Below, piece by piece: positions 15,124 to 22,769 of a DNA stretch of 32,000 bases. Under the pieces are notes generated by a model, which was not told the origin of the DNA, made no database searches, and saw nothing but the letters and a program-made list of their open reading frames with translations. The translations under genes were made by a program, and so were the position numbers. The stretch comes from Erysipelotrichaceae bacterium OH741_COT-311 (GTDB taxonomy: Bacteria > Bacillota_I > Bacilli_A > Erysipelotrichales > Erysipelotrichaceae). The stretch lies in NCBI GenBank assembly GCA_003858585.1, contig RQZE01000005.1:90001-122000 (forward strand), written 5' to 3'. Each line of letters opens with the position of its first letter. Position 1 is the stretch's first letter.

Positions 15124-16296
15124 TTACGATTCGATATTTATTGATAATACTGTCGATTTCATTTCATTATGCAATATTTCGCTGTAAAATGCCCCACCTT
15201 GAGCCATTTTTACATTCCCTCCACCTTTGATTTCAAAGCGAGATTGTAACGTCTTAAACACCTCATTTGCCTTGACATTTAAATCTTTACTACATGCCAC
15301 AACCACATGACACTTTTCTTCATTTCTACATAAACCCATTAAAAAACGAGAACTATGATTTGTAATAAAACTACAATAACGAACAAAATCTTTCACATCT
15401 TGATTCTCTACAAATAAGAATAACTTAACATCTTTAGGAAGCTGTTGAAACTGTAACTGCATACGTTCATTCTTTAACTCTTCAATCTCCTTCATCAATA
15501 ATTTCTTATCTTCGAATTGTTTATGCACTTCCTTATCAAGATGCATAATTGGACATGCCAATAACTTTGAAACTTCAAATGCTGTTGCATATAAACCATC
15601 TACATACTGAAGTAACTGATGCCCTACCACATACTCAATTTTATAACCACGAGTTGTCTTTTCATACGACAATAATTTTACAGCCTGTAACCAACGTAAA
15701 CTTGGCAACTGCAAACATCCACATAATCCAAAGTCAACATCTCCATATTTTACAACACGTAAGCCTTCTTCATTGATCATTTTTTCCGCATTTTCAAACC
15801 AACTAAGTGCCTCATCTTTACTTGGATACAACAATTCTAGCTTTAAGTCCTGTAAAATAAAACGATTGCATGCTTGTTCAATATCTTGCATCATCTCATC
15901 ATTTAATGTTTTTAAACCCATTTCAATCACACAGACATCATCATTTGATTTAAACATAACGGTAGGCCCATGATGCACTTTATTGATATAGGAACAAATA
16001 ATATGTTGTGAGGTATGATGCTGCATATTCTTAAAACGATGATTCTCATCAATTTTAACCCTTACAACTCCACTAAGCTCCTGTTTTATCCCATGATAAA
16101 CACGATGATCCTTTACTCTTATATCCAAGATTTCAAGATCATTAAGCCAACCCTTATCGCTTGGCATTCCACCACTTTCCACATAGAAATTCGTTTCTTT
16201 TAACGCATGATAGTAAAGATTATCTTCTAAAAAAACATCAATCACTTCACTTTCAATCTGATTGCAAAATACATCATCATAATACTTATTTAACAT
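15124..16296 (-). CDS. AlaX-L-like alanyl-tRNA editing protein homolog (editing domain + C-terminal DHHA1), non-canonical second zinc motif
   Basis: FYVESGGMPSDKG, IDENHRFKNMQHHTSQHII (HxxxH) and C-terminal GGGNVKMAQGG (DHHA1/C-Ala-like). CGCLQ stands where CGGTH is expected. SD AGGGAGG. Confidence 0.65.
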   Translation of the reverse strand: MLNKYYDDVFCNQIESEVIDVFLEDNLYYHALKETNFYVESGGMPSDKGWLNDLEILDIRVKDHRVYHGIKQELSGVVRVKIDENHRFKNMQHHTSQHIICSYINKVHHGPTVMFKSNDDVCVIEMGLKTLNDEMMQDIEQACNRFILQDLKLELLYPSKDEALSWFENAEKMINEEGLRVVKYGDVDFGLCGCLQLPSLRWLQAVKLLSYEKTTRGYKIEYVVGHQLLQYVDGLYATAFEVSKLLACPIMHLDKEVHKQFEDKKLLMKEIEELKNERMQLQFQQLPKDVKLFLFVENQDVKDFVRYCSFITNHSSRFLMGLCRNEEKCHVVVACSKDLNVKANEVFKTLQSRFEIKGGGNVKMAQGGAFYSEILHNEMKSTVLSINIES

Positions 16297-16732
16297 ACAA
16301 GCCTCCCTTTAAATATAACGTACGATATACATCTACCTCTTTACGATAGGCCTCTTCAATATGCAAAACGTACATCCTTCGCCCTACTCCAATATTAATA
16401 TATATGTAATCATCTCGATCATTGGTTTCATAAGAAAAATGATTTACTTTCGTAAATGGATATACTCTACCTTGAATCATAATACCTTGTTTATAAAAAC
16501 CGGAAGGAACTTTACTATAAAAAATACCAAATAAAACGACAAAAGTGGAACTAATAAAACGCAATAGTGATATATGATTGACGAAAGATAACACCGCTAA
16601 AACTATAAAAAAGATAACTAATATATTCGGGTTACCAAACCGACATTCTAATTCTATTCTTCTAGCATTGGCATACATAAAAAAACTATAAATCCAAAAA
16701 CCACCTACTACCATTAACATCATCCAATCCAT
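16286..16732 (-). CDS. Small membrane protein, 3 TM + soluble C-terminal domain (possibly DUF986/YobD-like)
   Basis: Start moved to ATG 16732 (MDWMMLM...), 4 nt after GAGGTG, because the track's GTG lies within that SD. The architecture resembles E. coli YobD as I recall it. Overlaps the AlaX-like start by 11 nt. Confidence 0.5.
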   Translation of the reverse strand: MDWMMLMVVGGFWIYSFFMYANARRIELECRFGNPNILVIFFIVLAVLSFVNHISLLRFISSTFVVLFGIFYSKVPSGFYKQGIMIQGRVYPFTKVNHFSYETNDRDDYIYINIGVGRRMYVLHIEEAYRKEVDVYRTLYLKGGLYVK

Positions 16733-16779
16733 ATAACACCTCACTTAAATTGTAATACAAAAGAAATAAAAAGGCATAC

Positions 16780-17430
16780 TTAAATGCCATTTTCATTCAA
16801 CATCGCAATTACTTCATAACCTAAATCTTGTAAGCCTTTAAGCATGAGCTCATGACTTGCCCCACCTGCAATAATTACAACATCTACACGATTATCAATG
16901 TGATATACACCTAAATTATAAATATTCGCATTTAACTTAGTTAACAGTTCAGTAATCACATTAAAAGTACCAGGTTTATCTTCAATATCACGCACTACAA
17001 AACGAGAGCCCACACGATAATACCCTAGCAAATCAACAAAAGCATCCAAAATATCATTTTTAGTAATAATACCGGTTACTTTATATTGTTCATCTACCAC
17101 CACTAAGCAACCAATGTTATGCTTACGCATCAATACAGCAGCCTCTTCAATGATACTATCCGCTTGAATCGTAATAACATCTTTAATCATGATTTCTTCG
17201 ACACATGTTTTTGATAATAAGTAATTTAATTCATAGATGGATAAACTCGTAGCCTGACTTGGAGTATGCGCACGTACAATCCCCTCTGTAATTAAACCAA
17301 TCAATTTCCCATCTTCTACAACCGGCAGACGATGAAAATTATGAGTACTCATAATATCTAAGGCTTTTGAAATTGAAGTTTTAGAATCAATACAGTAAGG
17401 ATGATACGTCATTTTATTCTTAATAAACAT
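16780..17430 (-). CDS. CBS-pair + ACT domain protein (AcuB-like)
   Basis: Two CBS repeats (HRLPVVEDGKLIGLITEG; IGCLVVVDEQYKVTGIITKNDIL) followed by a C-terminal ACT-like domain. 216 aa. The start is 2 nt after the livF stop. Confidence 0.8.
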   Translation of the reverse strand: MFIKNKMTYHPYCIDSKTSISKALDIMSTHNFHRLPVVEDGKLIGLITEGIVRAHTPSQATSLSIYELNYLLSKTCVEEIMIKDVITIQADSIIEEAAVLMRKHNIGCLVVVDEQYKVTGIITKNDILDAFVDLLGYYRVGSRFVVRDIEDKPGTFNVITELLTKLNANIYNLGVYHIDNRVDVVIIAGGASHELMLKGLQDLGYEVIAMLNENGI

Positions 17431-17432
17431 AA

Positions 17433-18137
17433 TTAACCTCCTAAATACGCTTTCTTTATTTCATCACTATTCATCAGTTCATGCCCACTACCACTATATA
17501 CAATACGCCCGTTTTCCAAAACATAGGCACGATTTGAAATCTTTAACGCCATCTTGGCATTTTGTTCCACTAATAAAATTGTTGTTCCGCTACGATTAAT
17601 TTCCTCTATAATATGAAAAATCTCTTTAATTAAAAGTGGTGCTAACCCCATACTTGGCTCATCCAACAGTAAAAGCTTTGGACGAGACATCAAAGCCCGA
17701 GCCATCGCCAACATCTGCTGTTCACCACCACTTAAGGTTCCCGCAAGTTGCTTGCTACGATCCTTTAAACGAGGAAAATAGCCATACACCCAATTTAAAT
17801 CCTCCTTAATTTTAGCTACATCTTTACGAGTATATGCACCTAACAATAAATTATCTTCAACACTCATTTTCGCAAATACTCTACGACGCTCAGGGACTTG
17901 CGATAAACCATGTTGAACAATTTTATCAGCCGAAATTTTCAATAAACTTATATCATTGAAATGAATTTGTCCACGCTTAGGCTTTAAAAGCCCACTAACA
18001 GTATGCATGATGGTTGTTTTACCTGCACCATTGGCACCAATTAATGAAACAATTTCTCCCTCTTGAATCTTGAAACTGATCCCTTTAATTGCTTCAATCA
18101 TACCATAACTAACATATAAATCTTTTATTTCTAACAT
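17433..18137 (-). CDS. livF: Branched-chain amino acid ABC transporter ATP-binding protein
   Basis: Walker A GANGAGKTT, signature LSGGEQQ, Walker B LLLLDEPS, 234 aa. Confidence 0.9.
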   Translation of the reverse strand: MLEIKDLYVSYGMIEAIKGISFKIQEGEIVSLIGANGAGKTTIMHTVSGLLKPKRGQIHFNDISLLKISADKIVQHGLSQVPERRRVFAKMSVEDNLLLGAYTRKDVAKIKEDLNWVYGYFPRLKDRSKQLAGTLSGGEQQMLAMARALMSRPKLLLLDEPSMGLAPLLIKEIFHIIEEINRSGTTILLVEQNAKMALKISNRAYVLENGRIVYSGSGHELMNSDEIKKAYLGG

Positions 18138-18139
18138 GA

Positions 18140-18898
18140 CTATTCTCCTAAATACGCACGGATGACCTGCTTATTATTTAAAATCTCTTCTTTACTACCA
18201 CTTGCCAATACCGTTCCGTAATTTAAAACTGTAATCTTCTTACATATACCCATAACTAACTTCATATCATGCTCAATCAATAAAATCGCAATGTTAAATT
18301 CCTTTTGAATCTTATCAATCGTCTTCATTAATTCTAAGGTTTCATTTGGATTCATACCGGCAGCAGGCTCATCCAGCAACAACAACTTTGGATTACTTGC
18401 AAGAGCGCGAACTATCTCCAATTCTCTTTGTTTTCCATAAGGTAAATTTCCTGCCTTATAGTCTTGATATTGATCTAAATGAAACAACTTCAACAAACGT
18501 AAAGCTTCCTGATTCATTAATTCCTCTTGTTTAAAATACGTTTTTGTTTTAAATAACCCATCAACAAAGGAATATTTAATATGCGTATGCATACCAATCT
18601 TAACATTATCCAATACACTTAATTCGTTAAATAAACGAATGTTTTGAAACGTTCGAGCAATTCCCTTTTCCGCAATGGCATCTACAGAAAGACCGACAAT
18701 ACTTTCACCATTTAACAAAATACTACCATCACTAGGTGCATATACACCAGTTAATAAGTTAAACACTGTTGTCTTTCCAGCTCCATTAGGTCCAATTAAA
18801 CCAACCAACTCTTTTTCTTTAATTTCTATATGAAAGCGATCAACTGCTCTTAAACCACCAAAATTAATGCCCAAACCTTCAACCTTTAACACACTCAT
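18140..18898 (-). CDS. livG: Branched-chain amino acid ABC transporter ATP-binding protein
   Basis: Walker A GPNGAGKTT, LivG-type signature LPYGKQRELE, LLLLDEPAAG, 252 aa. Confidence 0.9.
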   Translation of the reverse strand: MSVLKVEGLGINFGGLRAVDRFHIEIKEKELVGLIGPNGAGKTTVFNLLTGVYAPSDGSILLNGESIVGLSVDAIAEKGIARTFQNIRLFNELSVLDNVKIGMHTHIKYSFVDGLFKTKTYFKQEELMNQEALRLLKLFHLDQYQDYKAGNLPYGKQRELEIVRALASNPKLLLLDEPAAGMNPNETLELMKTIDKIQKEFNIAILLIEHDMKLVMGICKKITVLNYGTVLASGSKEEILNNKQVIRAYLGE

Positions 18899-19854
18899 GA
18901 TGGATCCTCCTTACTCTTTTTAAAACGCTTCAAAAACACACTATTCTTTGTAAGCATCATTACAATCAAAGCAAGCGCATAGATAAGTGTACGATAGCTT
19001 GCAAGACCACGTAATACTTCAGGAAGAACGGTTAACACAATTGCTGCAAATATTGATCCTTTTAAATTACCCATACCACCTAAAACAACCATAACCAATA
19101 GTTCAATCGACTTATCAAACTTAAATACCTTAGGCTCTAAGATGCCCATATAATGTGCATATAGACCACCGGCAATTCCTGCAAAAAACGCCGCAAAGAT
19201 AAATGCAATAATTTTATAACGATTGATATTAACACCGCTTGAAAGGGCTGCAATTTCATTTTCACGAATAGCCAATATTGCACGACCACTACGACTTTTA
19301 ATCAATGAATAACAAAAAATGGTTGTAAGCACCGCAAGGAAATATGCAAAAGTAAAGGTTGTATAACGACCAATACCAATATATCCACTAGCACCACCAA
19401 AAAATGGTAAATTTAATAAGATATTACGGATAACTTCCCCAAAAGCCAAAGTAATTATAGCCAAATAATCTCCTTTTAAACGCAATGTAGGAATCCCAAC
19501 CACAATACCTGCCACCAATGCCATAAGTCCACCAAACAGCAAACCCAACGGAAATAAGACAATTGGAGGCAACATAGTAAATGTTTTTGTAATATAAGCT
19601 GCACCATAAGCACCAATCGCCATAAATCCTGCATGCCCTAATGTAAGCTGCCCCAAAAAACCGGTTGTAATATTTAAACTGACCACTAAAATTATATTAA
19701 TACACACCGACAATAAAATCCCTTGCCAATAACGATTAATTAGTCCGAAATGAACCATTAGTTGTATAACAGCATACACCAATACAATAAGAGCTAGTGC
19801 AATAGCGATTTTAACTTTTAAAGATAACTTTTTATCATTGATACCAAAACGCAT
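18895..19854 (-). CDS. livM: Branched-chain amino acid ABC transporter permease
   Basis: 319-aa polytopic permease. 4-nt overlap with livG. Position in a livKHMGF-ordered operon. Confidence 0.9.
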   Translation of the reverse strand: MRFGINDKKLSLKVKIAIALALIVLVYAVIQLMVHFGLINRYWQGILLSVCINIILVVSLNITTGFLGQLTLGHAGFMAIGAYGAAYITKTFTMLPPIVLFPLGLLFGGLMALVAGIVVGIPTLRLKGDYLAIITLAFGEVIRNILLNLPFFGGASGYIGIGRYTTFTFAYFLAVLTTIFCYSLIKSRSGRAILAIRENEIAALSSGVNINRYKIIAFIFAAFFAGIAGGLYAHYMGILEPKVFKFDKSIELLVMVVLGGMGNLKGSIFAAIVLTVLPEVLRGLASYRTLIYALALIVMMLTKNSVFLKRFKKSKEDPS

Positions 19855-19862
19855 ACCTTATC

Positions 19863-20750
19863 CTACACTTTCTCTTTTGAATCCTTACCAAGAATCCCAC
19901 TTGGTTTAAAGACTAACATAATAATTAAAATGAAAAATACAATCGTATCCGACATTTGTGATGAAATATAAGCCTTTGATAATGCCTCAACCAAACCAAG
20001 CACAAAGCCACCTAAAACAGCTCCGGGAATTGAACCAATCCCACCTAAAACAGCAGCAATAAATGCCTTTATTCCCGGAAGTGCTCCCACATAAGGAGTA
20101 ACAACAGGATATAAACTACAATACAAGATACCTGCAACAGCAGCTAAAATAGAACCAATCGCAAACGTCAATGAAATAGTCTTATCAACATTAATCCCCA
20201 TCAACATTGCTGCCTGCATATCTTCACTGACAGCTTGCATCGCTTTTCCGGTTTTACTTTTACGTACAAACAAATCTAAAGCAATCATAAAAGTAACAGA
20301 AATAAAGAACGTCAAATAGTAATTAGCACTAATGGTTACATTCCCCAAAACAAAAGACGGCAGTGTTATAATACTTGGAAATATTTTAGGATTTGATGTA
20401 AAGGTAAGATGAAATGACGACTGTAATAAATAACTAATACCAATCGCTGTGATTAAAATAGATATACGAGATGCATTTCTAAGCGGTTTATATGCAATCT
20501 TCTCAATTACAATACCAAGCAACGCACAAATAATAATTGAAAGTAAAATAGAAAGCCAAACCGATAATTTTAATACACCATAACAATAATACATCGCATA
20601 AGCACCAACCATGATAATATCTCCGTGAGCAAAATTGATTAATTTTGCAATTCCATAAACCATGGTATACCCTAATGCAATCAAAGCATAAATACTACCA
20701 ATATTTAATCCATTAATAATCTGTAAAATGAACTGTGAAAATCCTTGCAT
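19863..20750 (-). CDS. livH: Branched-chain amino acid ABC transporter permease
   Basis: 295-aa polytopic permease with the LivH-like motif NFAHGDIIMVGAY. Confidence 0.9.
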   Translation of the reverse strand: MQGFSQFILQIINGLNIGSIYALIALGYTMVYGIAKLINFAHGDIIMVGAYAMYYCYGVLKLSVWLSILLSIIICALLGIVIEKIAYKPLRNASRISILITAIGISYLLQSSFHLTFTSNPKIFPSIITLPSFVLGNVTISANYYLTFFISVTFMIALDLFVRKSKTGKAMQAVSEDMQAAMLMGINVDKTISLTFAIGSILAAVAGILYCSLYPVVTPYVGALPGIKAFIAAVLGGIGSIPGAVLGGFVLGLVEALSKAYISSQMSDTIVFFILIIMLVFKPSGILGKDSKEKV

Positions 20751-20769
20751 AAGGTCCCCCCTTTAATAT

Positions 20770-20800
20770 AAAAATAGAGAATACTTCAAGCATTCTCTAT
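20770..20800 (-). terminator. Intra-operon attenuator hairpin after the binding-protein gene
   Basis: On the minus strand: ATAGAGAAT-N9-ATTCTCTAT followed by TTTTATATT, then the livH SD. Such hairpins commonly raise the binding-protein to permease ratio. Confidence 0.5.
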
Positions 20801-20805
20801 TAAAT

Positions 20806-21933
20806 TTATTTTGAGTATGTTTGATATTTACCATCTTTAATGACAATGTATCCTAAATCCTTAATCGGATCACCATTTTCATCAAACTTTAAATTACCCA
20901 AGATACCATCATAAGAGATGGTTTTCAATGAAGAAATAATGGATTCTGAACTTAAATCACTATTCTCTATTGAAGATAATAGAACACCCATTGTATCGTA
21001 CGCTAAAATAGCAAAGGAATTTGCATCCACACCATATTTCGCTTTGTAACCCTCAAACCAAGCAATGACATCTGCATCATCTGGTGCATAATGATTCACA
21101 AAGATAGAACCATCTAGTATTTTAGCATCTTCAACAACTGCTAAAACACCATCCCAACCATCACCACCAAGAATTTGAGCATTCATTCCTAAAGATCTCG
21201 CTTGAGATACGATTAAAGCTACATCTTTATAGTAATTTGGAACAAACAATACATCCGGATTTGTCGCTGCAATCTTCGTTAATTGTGCTGAAAAATCAAC
21301 ATCTCCACTGTTATACCCTTCATTAGCGACAACATTACCACCCAAAGCAGTATATTCTTTTATAAAATTTTCTGTTAATCCTTTTGAGTAATCCGAACCA
21401 GTATCATAAATAATCGCCAGATTCTTTGCTTGTAAATCATTGTAAGCAAATTTACCTAATACTTTTGCTTGAAACGGATCGGTAAAACAACCTCTAAATA
21501 CATTATCACCGGTTAAAGTGAAATCTAACGCTGTTGCACTTGGTGAAATAATCGGTGTTTTAAACGACTGTGATGCAGAACCGATCGCAATCGATTCTCC
21601 AGACACTACACCTCCAAATAAAGCAACAACCTTATCTTCATCTACTAATTTGTTATAGGCATTAACTGCCTCTGTATTATTTCCCTTTGAATCATAGGCA
21701 ACTAATACATAATTTGTACCATGCTTCGCATTGTATTCTTCCAGATAAAGTGAACCACCATTGAACACCGCATTTCCATAAACGGAAAGCTCTCCTTCTA
21801 ACGGTCCAACAAAACCTATTTTAATCGCATCTTTATCATTTTTGTTTTCATTTTGAGTTGCTTCTTTAGTCGAACAAGAAGCCAACAGCCCTAACATCAA
21901 TAATAGCGATACCAGCTTAAATAGTTTTTTCAT
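20806..21933 (-). CDS. livK: Branched-chain amino acid ABC transporter substrate-binding lipoprotein (LivJ/K type)
   Basis: Lipobox LLASC after a signal peptide. Type-I periplasmic binding fold length (375 aa). First gene of the liv operon. Confidence 0.9.
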   Translation of the reverse strand: MKKLFKLVSLLLMLGLLASCSTKEATQNENKNDKDAIKIGFVGPLEGELSVYGNAVFNGGSLYLEEYNAKHGTNYVLVAYDSKGNNTEAVNAYNKLVDEDKVVALFGGVVSGESIAIGSASQSFKTPIISPSATALDFTLTGDNVFRGCFTDPFQAKVLGKFAYNDLQAKNLAIIYDTGSDYSKGLTENFIKEYTALGGNVVANEGYNSGDVDFSAQLTKIAATNPDVLFVPNYYKDVALIVSQARSLGMNAQILGGDGWDGVLAVVEDAKILDGSIFVNHYAPDDADVIAWFEGYKAKYGVDANSFAILAYDTMGVLLSSIENSDLSSESIISSLKTISYDGILGNLKFDENGDPIKDLGYIVIKDGKYQTYSK

Positions 21934-21999
21934 AACTTTTCCCCCAATTAATATCTACATTATAGTATGAAAAAAATACAGTTTCAACATTATTTTGAA

Positions 22000-22014
22000 A
22001 ATTTACAGAAAATA
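22000..22014. promoter_or_regulatory. CodY-box-like site in the liv / hlyIII divergent region
   Basis: AATTTACAGAAAATA matches 13 of 15 positions of the Firmicutes CodY consensus AATTTTCWGAAAATT. Whether this organism has CodY is unknown. Confidence 0.25.
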
Positions 22015-22095
22015 TTTTCTATTTCTTTCAAAATGACATTGTTAGACAAAATAAATCTTTCAGTTTACACTATATACAACAGAGGAAGTAAATAT

Positions 22096-22737
22096 ATGAA
22101 AAAAATACAGTCAAAAAAATCAGTCATTTTAGGAGAAATACTAAACGCTGTCACACATGGTTTAGGCGTTGGTTTAAGCATCGCAGGACTCATTGTTCTC
22201 ATTTTAAAAGCTCTTAATATTCAGAATCAAATCGCAATTATCAGCTTTACGATATATGGAAGTTCAATGATTCTATTATTTCTTGCATCTACTCTTTACC
22301 ATAGTTTAAAGTTCACTAAACTTGGCAAAATTATGCAACGAATTGATCACTCATCCATCTACGCTTTAATTGCAGGTACCTATACACCGTTTTGTTTATT
22401 GGGAATTAAGGGATCTCTAGGAATTGCCGTATGTATCTTTGTTTGGATCTTTTCTATTATAGGAACTGTTTTGGAAATACTCTTTTTAAATAAAATGGCA
22501 AAAATCTCTGTCTTTTTATATCTTGCTATCGGCTGGGTTGCCATTTTTACCATAAAACCTCTTTACGATACTATTGGTTGGAACGGATTACTCTTTATCC
22601 TTTTAGGTGGAGCCAGCTACTCTATCGGTACAATCTTTTATTCTAAAAAACATAATAATCTATATCATGTGATATGGCATCTTTTTGTACTATTAGGTTC
22701 ATTCTTCATGTACATACCGGTATTCCTTTATCTTTAA
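22096..22737 (+). CDS. Hemolysin-III / PAQR family membrane protein (213 aa)
   Basis: 7-TM protein with motifs NAVTHG, YHS, IDHSSIY and HVIWHLFVLLGS. Start moved to ATG 22096 (SD AGAGGAAG). Confidence 0.85.
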   Translation: MKKIQSKKSVILGEILNAVTHGLGVGLSIAGLIVLILKALNIQNQIAIISFTIYGSSMILLFLASTLYHSLKFTKLGKIMQRIDHSSIYALIAGTYTPFCLLGIKGSLGIAVCIFVWIFSIIGTVLEILFLNKMAKISVFLYLAIGWVAIFTIKPLYDTIGWNGLLFILLGGASYSIGTIFYSKKHNNLYHVIWHLFVLLGSFFMYIPVFLYL

Positions 22738-22740
22738 AAT

Positions 22741-22769
22741 AAAAAATATTCCCTAGGGAATATTTTTTT
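22741..22769. terminator. Bidirectional terminator between hlyIII and glgP
   Basis: Palindrome AAAAATATTCCC-TA-GGGAATATTTTT, with A/T runs on both sides. Confidence 0.65.

Noticed and set aside
21967-22112. In-frame 43-codon upstream extension of hemolysin-III, plus a 17-nt duplication TATGAAAAAAATACAGT at 21966 and 22095.
   Set aside because: - The first ATG has no SD, and the extension is not part of the PAQR fold.
- The second ATG has AGAGGAAG upstream and gives the normal ~213-aa length.
- The duplicated 17-mer is low-complexity (A-rich) and may be coincidental.
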